Shown here: positions 49,915 to 63,050 of the stretch, piece by piece | Numbering within the stretch: the first letter of the stretch is position 1 | Layout of the letters: each line of letters opens with the position of its first letter | NCBI GenBank assembly: GCA_030704615.1 | Contig: CM060734.1 | Coordinates: forward strand, 16,492,001-16,556,000 | Direction of reading: 5' to 3' | Length of the DNA: 64,000 bases | Origin: Takakia lepidozioides | Taxonomy: Eukaryota; Plantae; Bryophyta | Made by a program: the position numbers and the translations under genes | Notes under the pieces: generated by a model | Told to the model about the DNA's origin: nothing | Databases searched by the model: none | Seen by the model: only the letters and a program-made list of their open reading frames with translations

Positions 49915-50256
49915 TTGGTCCGTGGCGGTCATGAGGGTAGCGAGGTGGGCGCCGAGCTCCTTGTGTAGAATGCCTGGGTGTGACTGTAGTAGATTGAGCG
50001 ATGTGAGTAGGTCTGATAAGCAGTGTGGTGGAGCAAGGTAGTTGTTAGGATGTGGGGGAAGAGATTGTAAATCCCGTAAAGTGGAGATGAGTTGAGAGTC
50101 TGACTATGTGGCTAAGTAGGTATCACATTCTTTGGGTAGTGGGGAGATGGTGATGATGAGGGAGAAGAGAAGGTGTTGTGCTGGGTAGGTGTGGAGTTTC
50201 AAGGTGAGGGTGGGTGGGAAGTCCACAGGTGGAAAAGGAGTGTCTGGCAGCTGTTT
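49915..50256 (-). pseudogene. LINE copy 2, N-terminal fragment
   Basis: Homologous to ~7345-7695 and interrupted at CTGTTT by the second MULE-like copy. Confidence 0.85.
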
Positions 50257-52386
50257 GGAGGTTTACTATTTCATGAGCTAGAAACCATGAGCCATGAGCC
50301 ATGAGCCGCATGAGCCGTGAGCCGAAGTCTAAGACACGTCGTTTTCATGAGCGGACTTCTCTAAATTTGGAAATGCGGCAAATTAAAAAGTATTAAAATA
50401 ATAGTTTTTTTAAATTTGACATTGGCTATTTTGGAATATCCAAATCCTGTAATGCGGCGAAGATATGTCGTGAGCAACAAGGTGGCTCATGGTTTTGTAA
50501 GTCTGCTCATGGAAAAAACCCACCGTGCAACGAAAAATCCAGTATCCCACAGCAAAGGGACGCCGTATACTGGCGTGTATAGAATATTCCGCAGTTTTAT
50601 ATGCCCTAACTTTGGAATGAAGCTGACCTTTTTCTCGCGATTGTATGATCCCCATGCAACAACATAGTCTGCATTGCTTGAAAAATCTTGCTTCTTCCTG
50701 CATTCTACGGGAAAGGTTTTGCCACTCCACTGCGAAATGTGGTGTTGTATTTCAATTCACATGTGCGAAATTTTTGAGGAGTTCCCTGTTGTGGGCAGTC
50801 GGCGCCCAGAAGACCCGGTGCGACTATCTTACTATGACCAAACTAGGTGCTGGTAGTGGCGGCCACATTACTTCGAAATGCGGTGCCGCATTTCCTTGCC
50901 GGGTGTCGAATGAGGTATGCAAAGTTTGGGGTCAGGAGAAAAGTTACAAGCCCAAAACAAAATTCCATGCACGTGGAAACAGAAGGCAATGACATATTAG
51001 TATACTAGTATGACCAAAATGCGTACTGGTAGAACAGACACAACTCAAACAGTTCTCTTGCCAAAGTCAGAGGTACTTGCAGCAGTACAGTTCAACTATA
51101 ATTGAAACTTTGGAAAGGATGGGCGTAATATTGTCTCGTGCCCCGAAAACCAAGCTCACTGGTCCCCTGGATCCATATTCAGAAGAGTGAACACCTCGGT
51201 GGGGCTCAACGATGGTGCATGTATGTAGTAATGAGTGGTGGAATTACACCCGAGTCTCTTTAGGTACACGTAGTACAGATGTTTTTGCAAGGGCAATACG
51301 ATGCCCCCTTCTTGGCCATGATCTAGAAGTCTTTGCAATTGCCTCCATCCGTGGTATGACCCCACTCCACGAACGCTTATAGGCATATCTATGATCGATT
51401 GTAAATTATTCATAACTTATTAATTCTGAAATGGTGATGGTGTACACCTCGTTGCGGACAGCTGAGCCTGCCGTGACCATCTGATAAACACGCCCAAAGC
51501 CTAGTGGGGGCACTTCTGTTGAACTCTGGATTGTACAATTCATCCCAAGTGCATTCCCCATCCTTCTCTCGTTCACTTTGAGGGAGGTCGCCGTCTCCTC
51601 GGTTTCCCCCAGCGGTGTGTAGGATACGCATTATTGTCGCGTCGGTCTGCTCTTGCTCTCATAGGGGTCGGTGGTCGAGGCTGTGGAACCGGAAGTGGTT
51701 GTTTGGGGACGTCAGTTCGCTGTACCATCCAAAATCCTGCTGCAGTAAGGGCGTCGGCCTCAACCTGACTCAGATTGCATCCCGGTTCCACCGGCCACAC
51801 CAAAGGAGCCTCTGGCATTGATTGTATGTCGGGCTTGGGCTTTCCATAGACACAAGTAATAATGTCATGTCTACAGAACCAGAACTGGGTCGTCCTCGCC
51901 TCCACAAACTTGACACAGAGAAATCTTCCAGTGAAAGTAGGAGCAGAGACAGCCCCAACTGGGTTCCTCCTTGTCATCTCTCCACAACGTTGCCGTGTAT
52001 CCACTTGAATTGTGGAACACCTGCCTTGATACCGAGGCAGTGTGCGAGCAATTCTCCACTGTGACGTAGACACAGTTGTCTCCACAATGGGTTGCCCATA
52101 CTGCATAACAACGGGCGGAATCTGGGGCAGGCGTGCCAACGGAATTTCACGCACGGATCCCTGCTTGAAGGCGATGGCGATCTTGAAACTCTTGGGCTTC
52201 CACTGCTGGAAGAGACATTGTGCGGCAACATGACTGGACCTCGAGGTGCAGTCCAAATGTTCATGTCGGATCGCCATGAATCCTCTTCGCAGTCGGGTTC
52301 GTCTTCAGGTGCGAGTATGGACGTCGCCCTCTAGGTGATCACCTCTGCGGTGCAGAGGTGTCCCTTTGATATTCTCTTGCAATGTC
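50257..52386. mobile_element. Second copy of the MULE-like transposon: left TIR plus decayed 3' half of the transposase
   Basis: Same GGAGGTTTACTATTTCATGAGC end and CATGAGC repeats. Transposase C-terminus ends LLNMDPGDQ. It has frameshifts and an ~80-bp insertion in SWIM (~51340-51420), and is interrupted by an LTR at 52387. Confidence 0.92.
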
Positions 52387-53295
52387 TGTTAGAGGGCTGT
52401 CTGGGACTTAGACAGTTTTACGGGTTCTGTGGGGTACCCTTAATTTTGCGCAGACCTACGAGTGGTAGACTCAAACCAACACAAGCCTTAGGGGTGACGG
52501 ACACAGACCTTAGGGGTGGCAGACAGGCTCACACAGTCAGTCACATGCTTACACAACCTATCACAATCAGTCACAGCCTATCACAGCCTATCACAGTCAG
52601 TCACAGTCAGTCACAGCCTGACACAGCCCGACACAGCCCGACACAGCTTGGCACAGCCCGTCACAGCGTTCATAGGGAATGGTTATCATTGGCAGGGAAC
52701 GACTGTGTGGGAATGACATCTGCAGAGGGAACGTGCATTCTGTCTTGGATGACAGTTAGTTAGTTAGGCGGTTAGAACAACTTGCAGGTAGAATAGGCAG
52801 AGTAGCTACAGGGAGGGGATCACTTCTTGGACATCACTGCTGGAAGATCGCTTCTGGCATCATGACGGAGAGCACGATCTTGGAGCACAGGGATGGAGAT
52901 TACACAAAGGAGGAGATACGACGAGATGATGCTTGATACATGCAAGCTGTAGAGATGTACTGTAGGGCAGAATAGAGATACCATGGCTTCAGCCTGATAC
53001 ATGATAGTTATAAATCTGATTCCTATTTCATACTCACACGGTGTAGAGAGATATGAGTGAAGCTGTGGAATGAATGCTTGAGTAGATGGAACATGGTAGA
53101 TTGCAGAAGCAATCTGATACTTAATCATAGACAGTAAGGTAACTTGCTAACATGAATACGAGAAGGAATACAAATAGGAAAGCATCTCCATGATACACTA
53201 GTTGTAGGTCATGACTGATTGTTCTGAGCGGGAGGAGTACTTAGAGATATCCAACTCTTCTATCTTGGAGTTTCCACTTGGGATAACGAAGGGAT
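52387..53295 (+). repeat. Gypsy B-family LTR, interrupted ~20 bp before its end by another B element
   Basis: Starts TGTTAGAGGG, is homologous to 53296-54215 and stops at GAAGGGAT. Confidence 0.88.
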
Positions 53296-54107
53296 TGTTA
53301 GAGGGCTGTTTGGGACTTAGACGCTTTTACGGGTTCTGTGGGGTACCCTTAATTTTTGCGTAGACTTACGGATGGTGGATTGAGACCAATAGAAGCCTTA
53401 GGGGTGACAGGCGCAGGCTTTAGGAGGGGTAGACAGCCCGACACAGCCTCACACAGTCAGTCACAGCCCGTCACAGTCTATCACAGCCGACACAGTCTGA
53501 CACAGCCAGTCACAGCCTGACACATCTCGACACAGTTTTATACAGCCAGTCACAGCTCGGCACAGCTTGGCACAGCCCGTCACAGCGTACATAGGGAACA
53601 GTTATCATTGACAGGGAACGACTGTGTGGGAATGACATCTGCAGAGGGAACGTGTTACTTCAGGGGTGACAGTTAGTTAGTTAGGTGGTTAGAACAGCTT
53701 GCGGGTAGATTAGGCAGGGCGGCAACAGGAAGGGGAGGACTTCTTGGGGGGGAGCGCGACTTGGTCTGGGGAAGAGGAGACAAAACGGGGAGCGGAAACA
53801 GTGAAGGGGAGAAGAGGACTTGATTGAGGCTTAATTCATGCAAGCTGTAGAATCATACAATAGGGTAGATTAGGGACACCATGGCATTGGCCTGATACTT
53901 GATTAATCTTAATCTGATATTTATTCGATACATCACACTGTGTAGAGAGACATGAGAGAAGCTGTGGAATGAATGAATGAATGATTTGAACTTGATAGGT
54001 ACTGAAGCAATCTGATGCTTCAGTATACATAGTAAGGTAATTGGCTAATATGAAGGCAAGAAGAAATACAAATAGGAAGCACAACCATGATTCACTAGCT
54101 GTAGGTC

Positions 54108-54803
54108 ATGACCGATTGTTCTGAGCGGGCTGAGTGTTTAGAGATATCCAACTCTTCTATCTTGGAGTTTCCGCCTCGGATAGCGAAGGGATGGGTGAGT
54201 AAAAGCCGCTCGACATTTGGCGACCATACTGGGGATCTGGGTCATGAACAACTAGATGTGACAGACATCTGGTGGGATCATGGTGGTTGGAGAATTAAAG
54301 AATTTGATGTGAATCAAATTCCCTGTGGAACTGAGAAGGAAAGATTGTCCAAACAATTCTTTCAGAGGTTCTTGGAATTGCCAGACGGTTGTAAAGAAAA
54401 CGTTCTTAAGAGAGTGCATGATGCTGACCCTGAGTGGGGTCTGGAGAAAGGAGTGATAAAGATTTATCAAGTGGCCTGTAGAGGAAGAGCACGTTGGTTA
54501 CCAACACTGGTTTATGTGATAGCATTGCTATCCATTAAGCGAGTAGAGTTTGAAGGCTGGGAGGAAAGGAAAGTGAATGTTTACACTCATATGCATGAAG
54601 AGCTTGTATTGATAAAGAATTGGATTCCTAAGGATATTCTGTGGATCAAACTCACACCAAGAACAGCTTTTCAGACTTGTTTGTCATATGGTTATATGGT
54701 AACGGAGACTTCTAGTATAGCCAAGGGTGCATTGAAGCTTGAAAGAAATCCAGGCATATACGAGAGATACTACAGGAGAGAGTTTTGGTTATTGCCTCAT
54801 TGA
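54108..54803 (+). CDS. Extra upstream ORF (231 aa) of Gypsy B
   Basis: Intact paralog of 48387-49082. Confidence 0.6.
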   Translation: MTDCSERAECLEISNSSILEFPPRIAKGWVSKSRSTFGDHTGDLGHEQLDVTDIWWDHGGWRIKEFDVNQIPCGTEKERLSKQFFQRFLELPDGCKENVLKRVHDADPEWGLEKGVIKIYQVACRGRARWLPTLVYVIALLSIKRVEFEGWEERKVNVYTHMHEELVLIKNWIPKDILWIKLTPRTAFQTCLSYGYMVTETSSIAKGALKLERNPGIYERYYRREFWLLPH

Positions 54804-54823
54804 AGATATGAAAGACATGGGAC

Positions 54824-57800
54824 ATGAGTGATGAAAGAGAAGTTAGACTCCAGAGATATTCAGCAAAAAGGGAAAGTTATCTGAAAGCTAATTATCCATA
54901 TCTTTGGGAGAGAGGAATAGACATAGGGGAATCATTTGGACCTCTCACACCGTTAAGATCAAAGAGTACATCACCCATACCGGAAGAACTAGAGTTGGAT
55001 GCTACTCCTTCTTATTCTTTGCAAGAAAGATTAAGGGAATTGGTAAAGGAAGAAGATCAACCACGAGGTGAAAGATCTGAGGTACATCCCTGGATAAAAG
55101 ATTTGACATAAATCTTTGATAAGAGTTGGCATGGAACACCAAAAGCAAGAACTCCAATTTCTGAAACGGAAGACAAAGAAGGAGGAGAGGATGTGGCAGA
55201 GCCAACGGAGAGTTCAGACTCTCTAACACCATTGCAATTGAGTTACATGAGTGAAGAAGAAGAAACCCAAGGGCAGAACTTGGAAGATGAAAACAGAGAG
55301 AAGAAATTGGAAGATGAAGAGTATGAAGAAGTAGACCCAACAGTTGAGGTTGAGACTACAACCAGGACATCCCAACCTGTTGGACCTGGATCAAGTGAAG
55401 CACTTGGATCACAGGCCAACGAGGGAGTCGGCTCAGGGGGATCAGGCGGGCAGCCTGGATCTGGCTCTGGGGGGACAGGGAGTGTGGGAAGTAGTGCAAC
55501 TAGAGCTGGGAATACTGTGAATATAGTGGGGTCAGTAGCAGGGAGTGCTCAGGGGCCAGCACTTGGTGGAAGTTCCACCACAACTACAACATGTCCTCAA
55601 GGACCAGCACCTGTCAGTGGGCAGGGGGTAGGGCCACAGATGGCGTTACAACCAACACGGGCAAAACCATATTTTCCAATATATGCAGGAAAAAGGGATC
55701 ATGATGTACACATCAGCCAATTTGAGCACATGTGTATTGTGAACAATGAGAATGGCGATGATGCCAAAATGAGACTGTTTCCTTGTTCACTTGTAAAGAA
55801 AGCAAGTGAATGGTATGCAAGATTCCCTGATAATCATTTCTTAACCTGGAATGGCTTAAGTACAGCATTCCGAGATAGATTCAGGACAAGTAAAACTGAG
55901 GATGAAGTGTATGGAAGTTTACAACAGTTAAAGCAAAAGAAGCATGAAACTGTTGAAGAGTACATGGAAAAGATGGAATTGATGATGAAAAAGTTGGTTG
56001 TTGTACCAGCACCAGGATTACAAAACACTTGGTTTGTGAGTGGACTAAGACCGGAGTTGCAAAAGAAAGTGGATATGCTACCCCATAATACGGTGGAGGA
56101 GGCATTTAAAACAGCTAACAGAATTGAGCAATTGGGAATGCTCAGGAGAGAGAAAAAGGATGATGAGGACTCTGAGGATGAGTCAGATGAGGAAGAAGAG
56201 CAAGAGCTCAAGAGGAAGAGTAAGAGGAAGGAAAAGTTGAAGAGGGATAACTATGAGAAAAGATTAGAAGAAATCTTGAAGAAGTATGCCACAGAGGCTG
56301 CAACACATTGGAGGAAGGGTGTTTGGTGTGCAAAATGCCAGAATGAAGGCCATACCACCACTGTATGCCACATGAAGGAGAAACACTGTACTATCTGTAA
56401 AATGGATAACCATTCTACTGAGAATTGTTATTATAACAGAAGGGCAGCTGCAAGAGAAACTAAGCAAGTAAGGGTCCATCAAATGCAGCCCTAGCCAAGA
56501 AGAAACAGCGATCAGGACCACTATGGTAGGCCTGGTGGTTATTAATGGAGAGGTAATCCAAGAGGGAATTATCAAGGAAATCCCATAGGCAACTATCAGG
56601 GTAATCCAAGGGGGAATTACCAGCCAGGGAATCAGGATTATAGAAATAATCCCAGAGCAGACCAAGGGCGAGGACCCAATGGTGAAGAGTTGTGTTACTA
56701 TTGTAATCAGGCAGGACATCGCAAGGCAGCCTGTTCATTCTGGATTAGACACCAGAATGAGATGAGAGCTCTTGTGAATGAGGGCCCAGTGGTGGCAGCT
56801 CACATGGTTAGGCCATGTGTTGTACCAGAAGTAAGTACAATGATAGTAACCAGAAGCAAAGCTAAATTAATACCTCCAATAGATGAGGAAGATGATGATA
56901 ATGAAGATGGCAGTGATGTGCCTGAGGATGATGAGGCTTGGAGAGATGAGAAGGAACTGCACAAGGAAGTGGCAGATACCATAAGGGAAATGCAGAAGAG
57001 TACTGATATCCCTATGGCAGATTCCTCTGATTCTGGAAAAGAAGATGAAGAGAGTGAGGATGAAGGAAAGAAAGAAGCTGCAAAAGTGCAGAGTAATGAA
57101 GGGACTTTGGCTGAAGTAATATGCCAGTCCAAGGCAGAGATTACCATTGGACAGTTATTGGTTGTGGCACCTCATTGTAGGCACAAGCTGTATCAAGCAA
57201 TCAATCAGGTTGCCCATGAGACAGAGAACACAGGCATGAATAGCAAGGTGACCAGTTATAATGTGAAGTCGGAAGGGCGAGAAACAGTCATGGACTTTGA
57301 TGATTCTATGCCAGTAATCCAATTGAGGATTGGAAGCACAGATCTGACTGATGTACTGATAGATGGAGGCTCTGGAGTGAATATCATAACAGACCAATTA
57401 AGGCAGAAGCTTGGTCTAAGTAACATGAAACCAGCCCCATTCACAGTAACAATGGCAGATCAAAGAAGTGTTCAGCCATTAGGTTTGATAAGAGGAGTTA
57501 AGATACAGATTCAAAAGATGATCTTTAAGATCACAGTGACTGTGTTGAAAATGGATGATGTCATGGAAGCTTACTCCTTATTGCTGGGTTGACCATGGCT
57601 GAAACAGGCTAGGGTATTCCATGACTGGAATTCCCAGTTACTAACTATGCATGATGGGAAGCACAAGATACAAATCACCACAAAGAAATCTAGTAGACTA
57701 CTTGCTACGAGAAGACCTCGGGGAGTTAGAGAGTATGACTAGAGGAGATGACTTGATAAGGAGCAAGAAGCTACCCTGTTTGCTGCACACCCAGAGTGGG

Positions 57801-59126
57801 AGCAGGTTGCAGAAATGCAACTAGGAGGCCTAAGTTGTTTAAAAGGTATCTGCTGTGGTGTAGTGATAGCAACACCAATTGAGGGTGAAACAAGCAGTTA
57901 CCCACCACATTTCTATGAAGAAAAAGAGGGAGAAATGGAAATACTAGAAGAACCAGCCACTGTGAGTTTACAGGATGAAGTAGTGACTGGTTGGACAATC
58001 ACAGCTGATGAGTAGGTGAGAGAAGTGAATGTGGGAACTGAGGAGGAACCGTGAATGGTGAAAGTTGGGGTTGACTTGGAGCCAGAATTCTTTGAGGAAG
58101 CTAAGAGTCTGTTTATCAAATACAGAGATGTATTTGCTTGGAGCTATGAGGATCTGAAAGGGATACCACCTGAGATCTGTTGGCATAAGATTGAACTGGA
58201 ACCAGGGTCAGTACCAATCAAGCAGGCGAGGTACAGAATGAATCCCAACTATGCACAGAAGGTTGGGGAAGAGATCAAGAAGTTGGCTGAGGCTAAGTTT
58301 ATATACCCGATAGTGTATACAACTTGGTTGTCACCCATTGTGATAGTTCCCAAGAAGAATGGTAAACTGAGAGTTTGGGTGAACTATAAGAAGTTGAATG
58401 CTTGTACAAAGAAAGATCATTTTCCTTTGTCATTCACAGAAGCGGTACTGGACACTGTGGCAGGCCATGAGATGTACTCATTCATGGATGGCTTCAGTGG
58501 TTATAACCAAGTGCAAGTGGCAGAAGAAGACCAGGGAAAGATAGCTTTCATCACAGACTGGGCTTATGCATACAAAGTCATGTCTTTTGGACTTTGTAGT
58601 GCACCATCAACCTTTCAGAGAGTGATAAGTGAATCTTTCCATGAGTATCTGGATGATTTCATGCAGGTGTTCTTAGATGATTTCAGTGTGTACAGCTCTA
58701 AGAGTGAGCACTTGCATAAATTGGAGTTATGTTTGGCCAGATGTAGGATGAGAGGTCTGGGCCTGAATCCAGAGAAGTGTACTTTCTGTGTGAATTCAGG
58801 GGCAGCTGATTATAACCTGTTGTATAAGCTGCCAAATATCAGTCCGTAACCCTGCTTTGGTGATGTTCTTTATGTAAAGAAATGCTCTTATTTTGTTCTT
58901 AAGCCTTCTATGATCATGAATGGCTTCTTTAAGACAAACAGACATTTCCAGCCATGAACAGTGATCAATGGATCTTTATTAAGAGTCTAAGGAGATTCCT
59001 TGGACAAACCAGTTATTACAGAAGATTTGTCAGACGGTATGCACAGATAGCAGCACCATTGAGCAAGCTTTTGAAGAAAGATGCAGTGTTTGCATGGACA
59101 GCTGAATGTCAACAGGCTTTTGAGGA
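54824..59126 (+). pseudogene. Gypsy B gag-pol with premature stops: gag, three CCHC knuckles, protease, RT
   Basis: LFPCSL..KASEWY and LKQKKHETVEEY. Knuckles CAKCQNEGHTTTVC, CTICKMDNHSTENC and CYYCNQAGHRKAAC. VLIDGGSG, FMDGFSGYNQ, VFLDDF and [11 protein letters not shown]. Confidence 0.92.
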
Positions 59127-62100
59127 TGTCGTGCGCATACGTATCGCTACACAACTACATCGCTGTCCAAACCACACCACACATATATGCACAATAAAGT
59201 AGTCTGCCATAGATAAGAAAACTAGAAAACACACTGCTCACATCAGAAACAACATGAATCCATCGCTATCACTCTTTAAAACAGAAGTCGAGCCAGGGGC
59301 ACCCCAAGCTATGGGGACTCCACCCCACAACAACCTACACTCCCATCATAAGCACACTCAAATCTAAACGCATGAAGGAGCTCGGTCGCGCAGGCTCAAC
59401 TCGAGAGAGATGAGCTGCGCGATTGCCGCTCTCGTGAAGATAAGACGGGTCAGGTGTCAAACTAAACTTGACACATGATTTAACACTTGATCTAAATCCA
59501 AGTGTTAAATACAAATAACTAGCTTTATTCTAGCTAGTTTCACACTGTGCTTATTTAACTTGACAGCGGTCGTGCGCATACGTATCGCTACACAACTACA
59601 TCGCTGTCCAAACCACACCATACATATATACACAATAAAGTAGTCTGCCACAATCGCCCCCCTAGCTGGTGGATAGGTCCCTCTAACTCCAGATAGCTAC
59701 AAGATGTAATAGCCACATCCGTACTAAGTCCTCTATCACTGCCCTTATTGCACTCGAACTCTATAGACCAAGAGGCCGGGTACAAGAGTAGCCCCATCGT
59801 TAGTCGCCGTCTTGCAATCTGTGAACTTGAGCCAGGACCTCGTGTGTTCAAGGTCTCATAGTAGCTAGGCCTTGCGTTTCTTGTTAGCCTTCCATGGTTG
59901 TATCCACTCCCACTATCCAATGCAATGTGGACATAACCAATCCCCATCCGGAACCATCTCAAGAGGTGGAGTCAAGCATCCCATATGCCAACCTCTAGAG
60001 CATCGATCACACACCAGCATGGTGGCTGCCCCTTTAGCAGACCCACACAACATGCACCTCAAACCTGCAGATACCACTGCCAGGTTTGGGTTAATCCTGC
60101 CATCGACATTCGGAAGGTGACATGGCGCACAATTACGCACATGGTCCTTCCAAGTTATGCCATCCCGACCCTCCAAGACCAAGACGCCTGAGGGCAAGAC
60201 CTCTCGAACCCTCAAAATAACACGTCCTGCAGTCACATCCAGGGTCGTAGGAGTAGTCTGCTGCAGATAGACATAGTCACCAGGGTTGAATCTCCGAACC
60301 CCTGGACGATAGCCCCCACCACGTATGGTAGCATACCTCAACGTATCACGGTGTTGTGCAATGGCAAGGTTCTCGAAAGCCATGGGCATGACTCTCTTGA
60401 ACAACTCTGCACGCTGCTCACATGCACGTGCCCACACGTCCGGATCGTCAAGGTTAAGAACTGTAGCAGCTTCTCTGCGAATGGATGTAGGCAAATCCGG
60501 CTCTCGACCAAAGAGAAAAAAGTATGGTGAGAAGGAGGCAAGTGATGTTTGCTTGCTGAACCTGTAGCCCATGGCTAACCAGGGTAACTGAAGGTCCCAA
60601 TCTCCTAGGTGTCCCTTCTGCAAGCCATACTTGCGCAAACCCCTCTTTACTGTCTGAACAACTCTCTCTGCCAAGCCATCGGCCTCAGGATGATCCCGAG
60701 AAGTGGTGCGGTGGTCTATCAAGGCCTTGTCACACAAAGCCTGAAACTCCCCCAAGAACTCTCTCCCTTGGTCCGTCAGTACCTTAGCTGGAGCACCGAA
60801 TCGGCTAAGCACACAATCCAAGAATGCATACGCAACTCCCTCACTAGCCTTATCAGGCAATGGAACCAATTCAATCCACTTGGAGAAGTGCTCCACCATC
60901 ACCAACACGTACTTGTTGTGGCGCATGGTCAGTGGCAACGGCCCTGCGAAGTCAAGACTCCACCTGTAGCCCAATCCCATGATCGGAAGAGGGTGCAATT
61001 GTGGAGTAGGGGCGTTGAATGAAGCACGCACCCTGTCATACACCATGCACCTAGCCACAAATTGTTGCACCTCTGTGTGCATACCACGCTACCAATACTG
61101 CCCCTGCAGTAGACTATGAGTGCGTCGCACCCCAAAATGCCCCAACTCCTCATGGGCATGGCGCACTAACCGTGCCCGCTGAGTTGGGTGAGGCACAATC
61201 CTCACTCGACCATCCTCCCACACTCGGAGCAGGTGTGTCCCCTCCCACTTGAACCTCTTGGCTCGTTGCAGGATCGGATCCCTCTCCTTGGCAGTCACAG
61301 TGGCTGCCGTGTCTCCAGTGCGGAGGTAGTCCAACATAACTGAATCCTCATGTATATCTTTGGTGCCACCTTGCTCATTGCTGGCCTCAGGGTCCTCAGA
61401 CACTTGATCTACAGTCATCCCTGTTGCAGGTCCAACCTGGCCTTCCGCTGCCAAGATACACAGAAATGCAGATGCATGCCATCCGGGCACCATCTCCTTG
61501 TCCGTCTCACCATGCCACCGAGCTCCAGTGTCATCCTGTTGGCTCGTGCATGGATTGCGACTCAACCCATCTACATTGCGATTGACCAAACCCGGTCGAT
61601 GCACCACCTGAAAGTCATACTCTTGAAGGATGAGTGCCCACCGTGCAAGCTTCCCCGTAAGCTTGTCTGACTCCATCAACCATTTGAGTGGTTGGTGATC
61701 CGTGACAAGGGTGAAGAGATTGCCGTATAGATAGCACCTGAAGTGTGCCACGGCCCACACTGCAGCTAAGCATTCTCCCTCATATGAGCTATACTTAGAC
61801 TCTGCAGTGTTGTTCGAGCGGCTAGTATAAGCCACTACGAACTCTCTTCCCTCATTATCCACCTGTGTGAGCACCGCTCCAAGCCCCAGCATGCTCCAAT
61901 CTGTATGCAGCTGAAAAGAACGCCCCCTGATAGGTCGTCTCAAGATGGGTGCCGAGGTCAACCTCGCCTTGAGCTCTTGAAAAGCTTGTTCTTGCTCATC
62001 TTCCCACTGCCACTCCTGGTCCACCTTGGTCAGCTTGGTTAGAGCCTTTGCAATGGCACTAAATCCCTTAACAAACCGTCTGTAATAGTTTGCTAACCCC

Positions 62101-63050
62101 ATGAAAGCTCGAACTCGGCTCACATCCGTGGGGCGTGGAACCTGTGCAATGGACTCTACCTTAGTCTGCTGTACCCCCAATCCTCTAGGATATATCATGT
62201 GACCCAGATACTCAATCTGGTTGTGGAAAAACTTGCACTTGCCTGGATGTAACTTCAATCCGTGCGTCCTTAAGCGCTCAAATACCCCCTGAAGGTGTCT
62301 CTCATGCTCCTCCACCGTAGCACTAAAGATGATGATGTCATCTATGTAGCACCGAGCAAACTCCACCCCTGCTAGAATCCTGTCCATGACTCTTTGAAAC
62401 TCAGAGGGAGCGTTTTTATGCCCAAATGGTAAGAACCGCCACTGGTATAGGCAATCCTTCCCGTGCTCATTGATCCCCCAGAATGCCGTCTTTTGCTTAT
62501 CCGCCTCCTTGATCGGCAACTGGTGATATCCGGATCGTAAATCCAACGTGCTAAAGACCTTGGAATGCCCAATGGCATCAAAGATCTCCTCTGGTGTCGG
62601 CATGGCATACCTATCGGACTTGGTCTGACGATTTACAGGCCGGTAATCACCGCACATACGTCTCTCCGTCCAATTGCCATAGACATCCTTCTTGGCTGGC
62701 ATCACTGTGGCTGAAGCATACTCTCCACCAGAGAGCTCTACCAAACCTGCCTCCCAGAGATCTTGAGTCCTCATCTGAATCAAAGACCTCTCCATGACAC
62801 TGTATCTATAGGGTCTCCGAAAGATTGGCGTGTCAGTGGCCAACTCAATACGGATCTCTTGACCCTTCAGTGCTCCCAAGTCCTTCAAACTGAAGGCAAA
62901 GCAATTCCTGTAAGCCCTCAGGAACCGCCATATACGTCGTCTCTCTCCTCCGGTGATAATGGGTCCAATGTCACGCTCCCAATTGTCCTCCGTAACTGCA
63001 ACCTTAAATCCAGTGGGCTTAGAGGTAGAGGACGCGTCCCGTGGTTGCTA
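59127..63050 (-). mobile_element. Gypsy family A copy 2 (3' part), interrupted at 63051
   Basis: Same terminus as 13758 (TGTCGTGCGCATAC). Pol is collinear with 14200-17320. Confidence 0.92.
59913..62888 (-). CDS. Gypsy A pol RT-RNase H-integrase-PHD (one TGG>TAG stop at 61089; N-terminus interrupted)
   Basis: LDLRSGYHQ, YIDDIII, HTDWS, HAHEELGHFG and SLDFAGP/VLTDQG/GLAER. PHD CMLC...CDRC...WHMGC...WLCPHC. Confidence 0.93.

Larger units (their letters stand above)
53296..59126 (+). mobile_element. Gypsy B full-length-type copy (5' LTR 53296-54215, PBS 54216, ORF0, gag-PR-RT), interrupted at 59127
   Basis: TG..CA LTR, TTTGGCGACC PBS and the coding domains listed below. Confidence 0.92.

Noticed and set aside
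59127-59565. Independent solo LTR
   Set aside because: The flanks (AGGA vs GCGG) show no TSD, so I treat it as the terminus of Gypsy A copy 2.
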